Shown: positions 12,228 through 25,321 of the stretch, piece after piece
Layout of the letters: the number at the start of each line of letters is the position of its first letter
Position numbering within the stretch: position 1 is the stretch's first letter
Assembly (NCBI GenBank): GCA_964016885.1
Contig: OZ024740.1
Coordinates: 408,270,001 to 408,334,000 of the forward strand
Source of the DNA: Eledone cirrhosa
Taxonomy: Eukaryota
Direction: 5' to 3'
DNA: 64,000 bases
Position numbers and translations under genes: made by a program
Notes under the pieces: generated by a model
What the model saw: the letters and a program-made list of their open reading frames with translations, nothing else
What the model was told of the DNA's origin: nothing
Databases searched by the model: none

Positions 12228-12623
12228 CTAGCAGAATAGCCCCGTTGTTGCTCAGGATTTGCTCTAGGTATCTTATATATTTGATATATATTTATCCTTA
12301 TCGAGCCTCGTGAAATAAATACGTTTGTTTATATTTTGTTATTGTGTATGCAAAAAATATCTACATGAATATATAATTATATATATATATATATATATAA
12401 ATCTGTTATTTTAATATATATATTATATATATATAGCAAAGAATCGCTGCTTTCACCCTTAACAGGATCTTCTGAAACTAAAAAATCAATCTGTGAACGC
12501 AGATGAAAATATTTCGAAAAACGTTACACACACTATATATATACACACACTATATACACACACACACATATAGCGTCATAATGTTGTAATGCAGACAGAC
12601 ATGCTCTGTTTTAGATATATAGA
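12228..12623 (-). mobile_element. Non-autonomous Helitron-like element
   Basis: Minus strand begins TCTATATATCTAAAA and ends with a degenerate hairpin plus CTGCTAG, inserted between A and T. 3' end resembles that at 32053. Confidence 0.65.
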
Positions 12624-12699
12624 TTATATCTTTTCTTCCTCTCTCTCTTGCTTTTTCTATATGTATGTCTATATCTGTCTTTCTTTCTCTTTGTCTCTA

Positions 12700-12774
<75 letters not shown>

Positions 12775-12777
12775 ATA

Positions 12778-12820
<43 letters not shown>
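12700..12820. repeat. Compound (CT)n/(TA)n/(GT)n microsatellite
   Basis: Direct inspection. Confidence 0.95.
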
Positions 12821-12822
<2 letters not shown>

Positions 12823-13366
12823 CGGAATCTCAGTTCATGAACTTAATTTGTTGCTGAAGGCTGTTCATCACTCAAAATGTTTGTAAACTGAAATTATTTT
12901 CCCATACAAAATGTTGAGAGAGAAATTCAATAAGGGAGAGAGACTGTGTGTGAAAGACAGATAGATATCACCATAGTAACTAACTACACAGCAAGTCATG
13001 CTTTCTTGTCTATACTCTGTTGTTGCCAGCTTCCATGTTTGTTACTTGAGACATTTTATGTTCACAAAAATTGTTTGGGAACCGATTTGTTCATGATGAG
13101 AGGCATTCATGTAAACAGGTTCCACTGTGTATATATATATATGTATATAGCATGAATGTATCGTTGTAATCACTAAAGAAAGAGCCCTCAGTATGTAATT
13201 ATAGAGGTAAATATACTTTATTGTATAAAATACATTGTAAACTGGCATATACCCTTTAAGATACTCAGAGTAGAAAGAGCCCTCAGAGGTATACAACTGT
13301 TTGCTCTGTATTTTATACAATAGAGTATATATATATATATATATCCCTACATGCAAAGTTAACGTA

Positions 13367-13751
13367 CAGTCAGTAGGCCCCTCCAGACCAAACATACACC
13401 CCAACCCACTACCCCACTCCATCCTTCCACTCTTGCCAACACCATCCTTTCTCTATAAAGTTATGTTGGTATCACAGCATCCAGTCCAAACTAATGAGGT
13501 CGTGGGGGTGTCACAAAAAAAAAAAAATACAGTCCACGCTGGCTGTGGTCGTGTAGGTAACACAGTAAAAAGCTCCCAGTTCACACTGTAAATGTGGTTG
13601 GTGCTAGGAAGGGCATCCAGCCGTAGAAAACCTGCCAGATAGTCCTACGGGTGAGACACGGTCATCCGACCAATCTTGCCTCAAATGGGACAATTCCCGT
13701 CTAACCTATGCTAGCATGGAAGATAGACGTTAAATGATGATGATGATGATA
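13367..13751 (+). mobile_element. RTE-A-related 3' UTR fragment
   Basis: CAGTCAGTAGG, C-rich tract, CTGTAAATGTGGTTGGTGCTAGGAAGGGCATCCAG, (GAT)n tail. Confidence 0.85.
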
Positions 13752-14391
13752 TAACTGTAATTTTGCTTCCTGTGTTTTGTTTTGTATCATTTATTAACTA
13801 TGTATAAATGTGTGTGTGTGTGTGTTTGATTTCACTTACTTTATATTAGTTTCAGTAGAAGCAGTGCTTACAGCATTCTTACTCCCTCCTAGCATGAAGA
13901 CAAGGATAATAAGTTTGTTTGCAAGTCAGATTTCCTCCCAGGATGAGTTGAGCCAGTTCAACTTTATATTCACTAGGGAAGTCTCACTGAAAATATGATT
14001 TTTCACTGGCATCTTTGACTGTACACATAATAAAAATCAATGTAGAGTGATCCAAACACCCAAGTTCCAGTTTACTAGACTGGTGTTGTACAACCTATGT
14101 TCTAGAGCCATATGACTGGAATAAGTGGTTGAGATTAATACCATTGTTGACTAGTTTGAACATAGATATTTATGCCTTGAGAGTATACACTGGCAAGGAT
14201 ACAGCTTTGAAAGATATGAAGTGCTCTGGAAATGTAAGAATGTATTATGTTTAATATGGAGTCAAGTGGGTGAAATATTACTAAAGGTGAACTGACAACA
14301 CAGGTATAAATGTGTATTCAATTAATTTAGCATAGATTTTGATATGTTCAATGGTAAGAGTAAAATAAGGGACAATTTTGGCTATGTATAA

Positions 14392-14580
14392 ATAATTGTT
14401 TCTACTTTTGGCACCAGGCCAGCAATTATCCCAGTGCATTACTGGTACTTTATTTTATCGACCCCGTAAGGATGAAAGGCACAGTTAACCTCGGCGGGAT
14501 TTGAACTCAGATCATAAAGGGAGGTAACTCTATGCTTCAAAGCATGGCGCCTGACACTCTACCAATACTGCCAATCCACC
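14392..14580 (-). mobile_element. SINE family 1
   Basis: Reverse complement of the 2824-3010 type. Confidence 0.9.
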
Positions 14581-14792
14581 AAATAATGTGGATTCTATGG
14601 AAGGTTATTGATGACTTTAGGGGTTTAACATTTATAAAGAGTATAATTTGTATAATTGTGTACTGTTTATAGATAGAGTTGATGAAGGTATTATGGGATT
14701 ATTTTTGTGGTTTGGTGAAAAAAGTATGTCTGTGTCACACTAGTTATTATTCACATCAATTCTTGAGACAATAGCAGTGTTAGTTCCCCACA

Positions 14793-15123
14793 TACTCTCA
14801 GGTCTTGAATAATCCCCCACCCCTACTGCTTATTAAATTTTGCTAATCCATCTCCAGGGAAATTTTATTCTAAGTAATTCATATTGATACAGCAGCTGGA
14901 GAATCTAATAATTTTATTTTACATTAAAAAAACATATATGACAAAAAAGAATATTACAAGAAATCCCATATTTACAAATGTACACTATACAAATACTGAC
15001 ACCCCCCCCCCGCCCGTCCTGCTTATATTCCACCCCCTACCCCTCACAGCTTATAAGAATTTAAGCAAATGTCCAACACCCTTCTTATTCTACCCACTCC
15101 CTATTATTTGGGACCCAAGAGTA
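14793..15123. mobile_element. Tc1/mariner-type MITE (TA-flanked)
   Basis: Left TACTCTCAGGTCTTGAATAA versus right TTATTTGGGACCCAAGAGTA: imperfect 20-bp inverted termini including TA. Confidence 0.55.
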
Positions 15124-15284
15124 TTTACTGCAATAGAATTTGTCTGTGTCTTAGCATATTCATTTTTTTATCCTCTGCTCCAATGAAGGTGAGAGAAAGA
15201 CGTCAAGAAACGTGCTAAAGATAACCACTAAATCTCCCTCAAATCATACCATACCATATTAAAAAGGAAACATATGTTAGATAA

Positions 15285-17243
15285 TCATCATCATCATCAT
15301 CATCAGGTTTAGCGTCCGTGTTCCACGCTTGCATGGGTTTGGACGGGGGTTTTCCCACTTGAGGCAAGAGTGGTTGTCTTGCTCGCATAGGACTGTCTGG
15401 CGGGTTTTCTACAGTTGGATGCCCTTCCTAACACCAACCACATTTACAGTGTGGGGCTGGGAGGTTTTTACCGTGTTGCCTACACGGCCACATTACAGCG
15501 TGGACTGTCTGGCGGGTTTTCTACAGCTGGATGCCCTTCCTAACACCAACCACATTTACAGTGTGGGGCTGGGAGGTTTTTACCGTGTTGCCTACACGGC
15601 CACATTTACAGCGTGGACTGTGTGTTTTTTTGTCGTGACACCTACACGATCTCATTTGTTTCGCCCTGGATGTTGTGGGACCAACATAACTGTACATTGA
15701 AAGGGGCGGTGTGGATGGGGTGGAGGTGGTGGGACGGGGGGGTGTTTTGATAGAGATGCCTACTGACTGTAGTAGGTTTTTACTTTGTATTTAGGTAAGG
15801 CGGGTCTTCTCTATTACTGAGTACCGCCAAAGGTCTCGGTCCAGTGACATTGTCTTGGAGAGGTGTAAGCGTGTGAGGTCGGAATTTATCAGCTCGTCCC
15901 ATGTTTTTCTGGGTCTGCCTACTCCGTGGCTACCGTCTATCTTTATTGCCCTGCACTTTGTTATACAGCTGTCGTCTTTCATGCGCATCACGTGACCGTA
16001 CCAACGTAGCCTTCTCTCGAGTAAACAACATCTGATCCCTCTTATTTCTAATTTTTTCCTTAGTTCGTTTATGCTTTGCCGTTCACGTATATTACTATTG
16101 TACATCCAGCGGAGCATGCAAGCTTCGTTCCTCTCTAGTCTGCGTATATCCTCTGCACACAATGCCCAGGTCTCACTGCCATGCAGCATTGCTGTTCGTA
16201 TGCAGGCATCGTATAACCTGCCTTTCATTTTTAGGGAGAACCCTCTAGCGGCTAATAGTGGTATAAGCTCTCTGAACTTTTTCCATCCAGTTCTGACTCT
16301 AGCTACTGTACTTTCAGAGCACCCTCCCCCACTGCTGATTTTGTCACCCAGGTAACGGAAGCTGTCCACTATTTCTATAGAACCCTCTGCGCAGTTGAAG
16401 GAGCTAGTATTTTGTGGGCACTTGCTGCTACTTATTGCACCAGAGCACCGGCCACATGTAAAATCTATGTTCTTAGTTAGCTTACCTGTGATCCCACTAC
16501 ATCTTTTATGCACCCATACTTTGCATTTGGGACATAAAATGGAGTTTCTACCTACGCCTTTCCTACACACTGAGCATGGCCATTTCCCAGATGGGACTGC
16601 CGCCATATTTTCTTTCCTACAAACTAGAACTTTTGTCTTAGCCAGGTTAATTTTAAGGCCTTTTGATTCTAGGCCGTGCTTCCATGTTTGGAATTTCTTC
16701 TCTAGTTCGGTCATTGATTCAGCTATGAGCGTTAGATCATCTGCGTATAGGAGTTCCCATGGGCAGCCGGTCTTGAACTCCTCTGTTATAGCCTGAAGGG
16801 CAATAATAAATAGTAGGGGGCTAAGAACAGAGCCCTGATGGACACCAACTTTTACGCTAAACTCTTCACTATATTCGTTGTTAATTCTAACCTTACTGAC
16901 TGTTTCTTTATACATGGCTTGTATAGCTCTCACAAGCCATTCGTCAACACCTAGTTTTCTAAGAGACCACCAGATAATGGAATGGGGGAACTCTGTCGAA
17001 GGCTTTCTCCAAGTCGACGAAAGCTAAGTATAGGGGTTTACTTTTAGCTAGGTACTTCTCCTGTAGTTGTCGTACAATGAAAAGAGCGTCTGTGGTACTT
17101 TTGCCTGACACAAATCCGAACTGCATTTCATCTAGATCAATTCTCTCTCTGATTAGTTGCGCTATTACTTTTTCCGTGACCTTCATGACCTGGTCAATTA
17201 ATTTAATGCCTCTATAGTTACTCCTATCTAGGGCATCTCCTTT
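15285..17243 (-). mobile_element. 5'-truncated RTE-A LINE with ~113-bp tandem duplication in the 3' UTR
   Basis: ORFs 15791-16933 and 16959-17186 (RT, PHD, C-terminus); (CAT)n at 15285; GGACTGTCTGGCGGGTTTT recurs near 15390 and 15502; possible ATAATCAT target duplication. Confidence 0.96.
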
Positions 17244-17927
17244 TTATAATAATCATGTCAAATTGTTCAGGCTCACATGAGGCTAATTTACTAATCAATA
17301 CTGTTTATTAAGTATAATGTGTTGTTTATTAAATTATATATAATGTTTTAAATGTTTCTATTCTAAATTTCATTGCATTCTGGTTTGTACTATCAATATT
17401 ATCAGATCTAGGCTGGCTGTTGTTAGTTATCTTTATATGATGAAAGAAATTATTATATTCCAATAGCAAAAATCAGTATATAATGCAACAGTAAATATAG
17501 TGAAATGTTGTGTATACACATTACAGTACAACATATTTAATACATTAACATTTCTATATATATGTTTGTGTGTGTAAAATATAGATAGAATCAGTCAAAC
17601 TTTAACTGAATGAGGAATCAATACATATGAGCAGAGTATAGACTTTAATTTTCAAAGAAAAAAGTAGCAGTGTCTTTGAAGTTTGGGCTTTAATGAGTTT
17701 CTTCTTCTGACTGTAAAATGTTTGTCTTGGTTTAAGGTTCTGTTAATTAGGTATGGTGTAATTATCGATTAGTAGGTGGGGTTTATAATTATTAGTGTAG
17801 TATTGTGAAGAGAGTTATTTACTTTCTTAATACATTAAGTGATTTTGATTTTTACTTATTTTTTTACATAGAGGTAATTAAATGTGTGTATGAGAGGGAG
17901 AGAGGGGGAACAATTGTGTTTATCAGT

Positions 17928-18042
17928 TTAACCCTCTTGCGCTGTCAGTGACATAAGTCACTGATAGAGTAATCTCCCCTTAATACATAATACAGTGTTA
18001 AGGGAAGCAATTCATAAAAAAATTCAGCGTCCTAAAGGCTAA
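17928..18042. mobile_element. Short piggyBac-type MITE candidate
   Basis: TTAACCCTCTTGCGCTG ... CAGCGTCCTAAAGGCTAA imperfect termini; internal palindrome TCAGTGACATAAGTCACTGA. Confidence 0.45.
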
Positions 18043-18531
18043 GTTGGGTTGTTTGCGTGCTGCAAAACATATATTGAAGAAATCATTAGATTGTTTATTT
18101 TTAGGGTTACGTTATGTTGAAATTGAAGAATTTGTTAATTGAAATTACAGGTAAATAGTCATATTTTCAGAATAAAAGGGCAAAGAAAACTGAATACTTT
18201 CAGTTTGATATTAAGGTATATTTTGTGGTAATTTCAATGACCATGATACACATTATACTTTTCTAAATCAATCAGAGAAACTATGTTTCCATTGAGCTTT
18301 CCATTGTTGATACTAGCTGCCAGTTGCAACTTCTAGCTGAAGCCTCACCACTTTTCTGGAGACAAGAGGCAAATTTGAACTCAGAACACACACAGCTTTA
18401 TTTTCTTTATTCTGCTGTGTATTCTTCTCAAACACTAACATTTAAGTGTTCAAGCTCAATATTAACAGAAATAAACTGCATTCATCTTACTCTTTTCCAT
18501 GAGATACAGACAATGTCATTTTTTTCTTTAT

Positions 18532-18608
18532 CGGTTATAGCCGATTTGAACAGAAAGTGGTGAGAGAATTCTGGCTGAATACAGCTGGTTTAAATGCTAA
18601 AGGGTTAA
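18532..18608 (-). mobile_element. piggyBac-type MITE fragment (one end)
   Basis: Ends AAATGCTAAAGGGTTAA; matches the 21104-21335 family. Confidence 0.75.
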
Positions 18609-19235
18609 AGCACTGATTAAACATGCTCTTCCAGCATACAAGAGGCACATGGTTCGATTCCTACAGGCTTTTCTGTCCACTCTTCATACAACCATTAACA
18701 ATAAAAATAGATATTATTATATCTAAGGTTTTAAATTAGAAATCATTATATCTAAGATTTTGACAGTGAAAAGTGCAAAATGTGACCATTTCACAAATAA
18801 GTGGGCAAGAAGAAAGAGGAGGAGGAGGAGAAGAAGCAGACGCAGCAGCAGCTCAATAAAAGTAAAACATAGATACTAATATCTTTATATTTATAAAATA
18901 CTGAGAACATACAAATGTTACTTAAGAATATTGTAATTTAAAAAAATTGTATTTTAACTCTTTAGTTGTGTTTTGAGTATGTCACCCTAGCCATAAAAAA
19001 GAAAGCATGAACATTAATAACATTCCGACTTTAAATTTTTTTTTAATTTTCGAAACATTAACGAAATTTGAAATTTGATAATAATTATAAATAATATTTG
19101 ATAACTAAATAATAGTTAAATAAATCAAGTAAAGTACACCTGGAAATGAGTGACTTCTCAAACCAAATGTATTTTCAAAATTCAAATTTCCCAATGCTTT
19201 GTAAATTAACCAAGTTGTTTCCACTAGCTTATCAT

Positions 19236-19349
19236 TTAACCCTTTAGCATTTACATTACTCTATATATACTATCGTATTTTCATGGTAAAGGCTTTACCT
19301 CACATAATTATCTCACATAATATTGAATCTATGAGATTTTGATGTTATT
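19236..19349 (-). mobile_element. piggyBac-type MITE fragment abutting RTE-A
   Basis: TTAACCCTTTAGCATTTACATTACTCTAT... is the reverse complement of the right half of 21104-21335. Confidence 0.8.
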
Positions 19350-20802
19350 GGTGTATTTTTGTTAGAGGTGCCTACTGACTGTAGGTTTCGCTTTGTACTT
19401 AGGCAAGGCGGGTCTTCTGTATTACTGTGTAGCGCCAAAGATCTCGGTCCAGTGACATTGTCTTGGAGAGGTGTGAGGTTGGAATTTATCAAGTCGTCCC
19501 AGGTTTTTCTGGGTCTGCCTACTCCGTGGCTACCGTCTATTTTTATCGCCCTGCACCTTTTTATACAGCTGTCGTCTTTCATGCGCATCACGTGACCATA
19601 CCAACGTAGCCTTCTCTCGAGTAAACAACATCTGATTCCTCTTATTCCTAATTTCTCCCTTAGTTCATTTATGCTTTGCCGTTCACGTATATTACTATTA
19701 CACATCCAACGGAGCATGCAAGCTTCGTTCCTCTCCAGTCTGTGTATATCTTCTGCACACAATGCCCAAGTCTCACTGCCATGTAACATTGCTGTTCGTA
19801 TGCAGGCATCATACAGCCTGCCTTTCATTTTTAGAGAGAACCCTTTAGCGGCCAATAGTGGTATAAACTCTCTGAACTTTTTCCATCCCGTTCTGACTCT
19901 AACTACTGTACTTTCAGAGCACCCTCCACCACTGCTGATTTTATCACCCAGGTAACAGAAGGTGTCCACTATTCTATAGAACCATCTGTGCAATGGAATG
20001 AGCTAGTATGCTCTGGGCACTTGCTGCTACTTATTGCACCAGAGCACCGGCCACATATAAAATCTATATTCTTAGTTAGCTTACCTGTGATCCCACTACA
20101 TCTTTTATGCACCCATACTTTGCATTTGGGACATAAAATGGAGTTTCTGCCTACTCCTTTCCTACACACTGAGCATGGCCATTTCCCAGATGGGACCAGT
20201 GCCCTATTTTCCTTCCTACAAACTAGAACTTTAGTCTTAGACAGGTTAATTTTAAGGCCTTTTGATTCTAGGCCATGCTTCCATGTTTGGAATTTCTTCT
20301 CTAGTTCAGCCATTGATTCAGCTATGAGCGTTAGATCATCTGCGTATAGAAGTTCCCATGGGCAGCCGGTCTTGAACTCCTCTGTTATAGCCTGAAGGGC
20401 AATAATAAATAGTAGGGGGCTAAGGACGGAGCCCTGATGAACACCAACTTTTACGCTAAATTCTTCACTATATTCGTTGTTAATTCTAACCTTGCTAACT
20501 GTTTCTTTATACATGGCTTATATAGCTCTCACAAGCCATTCATCAACACCTAGTTTTCTAAGGGCCCCCCCCCAGATAATCGAGCGGGGCACTCTGTCAA
20601 AGGCTTTCTCCAAGTCAACAAAAGCTAAGTATAGGGGTTTACTTTTAGCTAGGTACTTCTCCTGTAGTTGTCGTACAATGAAAAGAGTGTCTGTTGTACT
20701 TTTACCTGACACAAACCCGAACTGCATTTCGTCTAGATCATTTCGCTCTCTGATTAGTTGCGCTATTACTTTTTCATGACCTGGTCGATTAATTTAATTC
20801 CT
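19350..20802 (-). mobile_element. RTE-A fragment truncated at both ends
   Basis: ORFs 19313-19993, 19969-20514 and 20518-20727; 3' UTR and tail missing. Confidence 0.95.
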
Positions 20803-21103
20803 CAGAAACAATGAAATTGGTTTCAATTGAACTGACATCAATTATTATAACAGATTATTTGAGAAGGACCAAAATAGGGTAAAGTGATTTGAAGAGACAT
20901 TATTTCAATACTGGATGTACCAATACCCACCATTCCTTTGAAAGTGGAGTAGAATAATTTCAATACTGGAAACAGCATTATCTACTGTTCCTTTGACAAG
21001 TCAAGTGATGTGAAGAAACATTATTTCAATATTGAATATATTGTTATCCAAGATTTAAATAAACATCTCGGCTTGAGAGGATACCCTCATGTCCACAGCA
21101 TTC

Positions 21104-21335
21104 TTAACCCTTTAGCATTTAAACCGGCCATATCCGGCCAGAATTCTCTCACTCTTTCTGTTCAAACTGGTTGTAACTGGCCAACCTCTCATACTTAGGT
21201 TAAGGTATTGTTCTCAAAATAAATAACATCAAAATCTCATAGATTCGATATTATGTTAAATAATTATGTGAAATAAAGTGTTTACCATGAAAATGCAATA
21301 GTAAATATAGAGTAATGTGAATGCTAAAGGGTTAA
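21104..21335 (+). mobile_element. piggyBac-type MITE (~225 bp)
   Basis: TTAA|CCCTTTAGCATT ... AATGCTAAAGGG|TTAA: terminal inverted repeats with TTAA target duplication. Confidence 0.88.
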
Positions 21336-21734
21336 GGATGAACGAGTACACTGGTTTTCACCTGACTCTCACTTTTGGCTCTAGGACATCTTTCAGCCAC
21401 ACCCTGATAACTGCTTCTGTAGGTAGACTAAACTTAGTGAGGAACAGGATATTTGGAGAAGTAATGGGCACTGCCAAGCATTTCTAAGGTCCACTGAAAT
21501 GCCATGATGGACATATAGTCAAAGATTTAGAGTAGCACCGCTACAGTTGGCTGCACGAGTTATGGGAACTTGATTGATTGATAACTTTTAATATAGTTCA
21601 TATTCGGTGTGAAATCTTAGAGATTGGTGGTTGAGATCGAGAAGACATAGGCAAAGGAAGGCTGAGTTCTATGAGAAAGAATTAGGTTAATTTCAGTGTA
21701 TAAGACACTTTATTTCAGTGTATAAGACGAACTT

Positions 21735-24662
21735 ATGGATAGGTTTTACGAGTCCCTAATACACACTACTGCTCTAACAGACGACAAGGACTTCCTAATC
21801 ATCGCAGGAGATTTTAACGGACACGTAGGTAAACACTGCGACGGCTTCAATAGAGTACATGGAGGCCATGGAGTTGGCACAAGGAATGAGGAAGGATTCA
21901 GACTTCTAGAATTCTGCGACGCCAATGACATGTCGATATGTAACACAAACTATAAAAAACCCAACAACCACCTGATCACCTATAGATCAGAGGAGCACTC
22001 TAGTCAGTTAGATTTTATCCTCATCAGAGGACGTGACAGATGGACGGTCGTAAACACAAAAGCTTTCCCTAGTGAGGAATGTACATCCCAACATAGCTTA
22101 GTTGTCAGCGACCTCACGGTCAGAACTAGACGAGCCCTGAAACAGAGGCCAACCTGGAGAAGAAAGATCTCGAAGCTGAAAGTCCCCTCAACCAGTAACA
22201 GATTTAAAGATATTTTACTCAACGCCTACGACAGTAAAGAAGAACAGATACAGACATTTAATGTAGAAGAGAACTGGGAGTTCCTAAAAAATAATTTACT
22301 AGAGGCGACGGACGAGGTCTGTGGCTGGAGTAAGACCTCAAGCAGGAGGAGAGTGACTTGGTGGTGGAACAATAAGGTAGATGAAGCAGTCAGGGCCAAG
22401 AGACAGGCATGGAAAGAATGGAAGAACGGGGGGAGCAGGGTACATTACATAGAGACCAAGAGGGAAGCTAGGCGACAAGTATACTTAGCTAGGAGGGAAG
22501 CAGAGGATAGAAAATTCAAGCATGTTTTACAACGTGAGGACCAGAAACAGGAGGTATTCAAGATTGCGAGGCAGTGTGTCAGAGATAGTTGTGATGTCAT
22601 TGGAGAGAAGTGTATCCGGAATGATAAAGGTGAGCTTGCCCTCACAAGTGCTGAGAAGAAAGATGCATGAAAGAGTCATTATGATAGATTACTAAATGAG
22701 GAGAATGCATGGGAAGAAGAGACCCTACCCCAAGTAGACCCTATAGAGGGACCAGCAGTACAAGTCAGCGGCAGCGTAGTAAGTAAGGCAATCAGAGATA
22801 TGAAGATGGGGAAGGCAACCGGTCCATCGGGTATAGCTGCCGAGATGCTGAAGGCATCTGGGTCTGTAGGTCACACTATAACCACACGTATCGTTAACCA
22901 GGTAATACTAGAAGGGGCCATACCAAAAGATTGGTGCAGTAGCATCATTGTCAACTGCTACAAAGGCAAAGGCGACGCACTAGATAGAGGAAACTATAGA
23001 GGTATAAAGTTGATGGACCAGGTCATGAAAGTAACAGAAAGAGTTATAGCACAGCTGATTAGGGACCGGGTGAATATAGACGAGATGCAATTTGGGTTTG
23101 TACCAGGAAGAGGCACCACTGATGCCCTCTTCCTTGTGAGGCAATTACAGGAAAAGTACCTAGCTAAAAGTAAGCCACTCTACTTGGCATTTGTCGACCT
23201 TGAGAAAGCCTTTGACAGAGTTCCACGTGCTGTAATCTGGTGGGCTCTTAGAAAACTAGGAGTAGATGAATGGCTTGTGAAAGCGGTACAAGCCATGTAT
23301 AGGGGAGCAGTCAGCAAAGTTAGGATTAGCAATGAGTATAGCGTACAGGTTGGAGTCCACCAGGGCTCTGTTCTTAGCCCTCTCCTGTTCATCATAGTCC
23401 TGCAGGCAATAACGGAGGAATTTAAGATCGGATGCCCATGGGAACTCCTGTATGCTGATGACCTCGCACTCATAGCTGAATCTATGATAGAACTAGAGAA
23501 TAAATTCCAAACCTGGAAGCAGGGACTAGAGAGAAAGGGTCTCAAAGTCAACATGACAAAGACTAAGGTCCTTGTAAGTAGACGAGAAAACAGAACCCAG
23601 ATCCCCTCAGGGAAATGGCCTTGCTCAGTATGTAGGAAAGGTGTAGGTAGGAACTCCATTCTCTGCCCCAAATGCAAACAATGGGTACACAAGAGATGTA
23701 GCGGGATCTCAGGAAGCTTAATTAAGAATGTAGGATTCACATGCAGCAGCTGTGCTGAAACAGCAAGCAGCAAACAGCCACAGGAAACAAGTACCACCAA
23801 TCTCTGGCAGGGCCCTGTAGAAACAGTAGACAGCTTCTGCTACCTAGGTGACCGAATTAGCAACGGAGGTGGGTGTTCAGAAAGTACAATAACTAGGGTA
23901 AGAACGGGATGGAAGAAGTTTAGGGAACTACTACCACTGCTAGCTGCAAAAGGCTTCTCCCTCAGAATGAAAGGCAGACTGTATGATGCGTGTATCCGAA
24001 CAGCGATGTTGCATGGTAGTGAGACCTGGGCGCTGAAGGTGGAAGACTTACGTAGATTAGAGAGAAACGAAGCCTGCATGCTCCGATGGATGTGTAACAG
24101 TAATATACGTGAACAACAAAGCATAAATGAATTGAGAGAGAGACTGAGCATAAGAGGAATCAAATGCTGTGTGCAGGAGAGGCGGTTGCGCTGGTATGGA
24201 CATGTGATGCGTATGAAGGATGACTGCTGCATAAAAAGGTGCAGAGCACTAGAAGTCGATGGAAACCGCGGAGTGGGGAGACCTAAGATGACCTGGGATG
24301 AGGTGATAAAAGCCGACCTTACCCAATTACACCTCTCAAAGACAATGACACACGACCGTGACTTCTGGCGTCACGCAGTAATACAGAGTACCCGACCTCC
24401 CATGGGTACATGCTGAAGCATATAAACAATATGCCCCCACACCTCCCACCGCAAGGTGGTCGTGGAGGTGCCACGGCAAAAAAGCACCCAGCACTCACTG
24501 TAAATGAGGTTGGTGTTAGGAAGGGCATCCAGCTGTAGAAATCAAGCCAGATCAGTTCCTGTATGAGCAAGGCATGGTCAGCCGACCAGACACTGCACAC
24601 AACAGGACAACCCGTCTAACCCATGCTAGCGTGGAAGAACGGACGTAAAACGGTGATGATGA
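21735..24662 (+). mobile_element. 5'-truncated RTE-clade LINE (family B); partial APE, RT with PHD finger, C-terminus
   Basis: ORFs 21735-22670 and 22800-24416 are in the same frame, split by TGA at 22668; YADD present; 3' UTR distinct from family A; GATGATGA tail. Confidence 0.97.
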
Positions 24663-25321
24663 AGAGAGGTGGAGAAACTATTGTTGTTGCATTAGAAAAA
24701 TGGAAACAGTTTGATGTATTGTTATTAAAATCCCATTTGTCATTGAATTTTGGAAGCAACGCTGATGTGTTTTATCTTTATGTACATTGAGGACATGACC
24801 TAATCACCTTTAATAGTGCTAATCCGTAATCATTACACATATCAGGGGAATCAATTCTACAACATAGCACAAAACAAGAAAACAATCCTCAGTATCAATA
24901 AACACAACACAGCAAAAACCTTCAAAATCATTACAAATGCTAGACCTCAAATACAGTCTCTCATGGTAAACTCGCAGTTATAACATTGTCAAAATTGTAT
25001 AATAGATTATGATTCCACTTCAGAATTAGAAAATACATCATCTCTGAGTAGTTCCTGACAATTTAGAAATCACACGTAAAACTTACAATAGTATACTACA
25101 ATAATTCATTTGCTAAAACATTATAATCACTAACACATAGACATGATTTTCCTTATTGCATCCTCTATTGCTAAAGCTTCTGACAGATAGTATTTCGATG
25201 TTAAGCAGCTATAGAAATAATTCATTAAATACAATGGAGTATCCCACTGATCCAACAGACTGCTCGGTAATTACAATATGTCAGCCATCTTAGTTTATAT
25301 TCAATTTCACTATAATGTTCT

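Noticed and set aside
18882-19226. Possible plus-strand Helitron (TCTTTATATTTATAAAA ... CACTAG)
   Set aside because: No subterminal hairpin and the wrong flanking base; insufficient support.
23180-24232. Long antisense ORFs overlapping RTE coding regions (many in the ORF track)
   Set aside because: Shadow frames of the RT ORF, recurring only because the copies are homologous.
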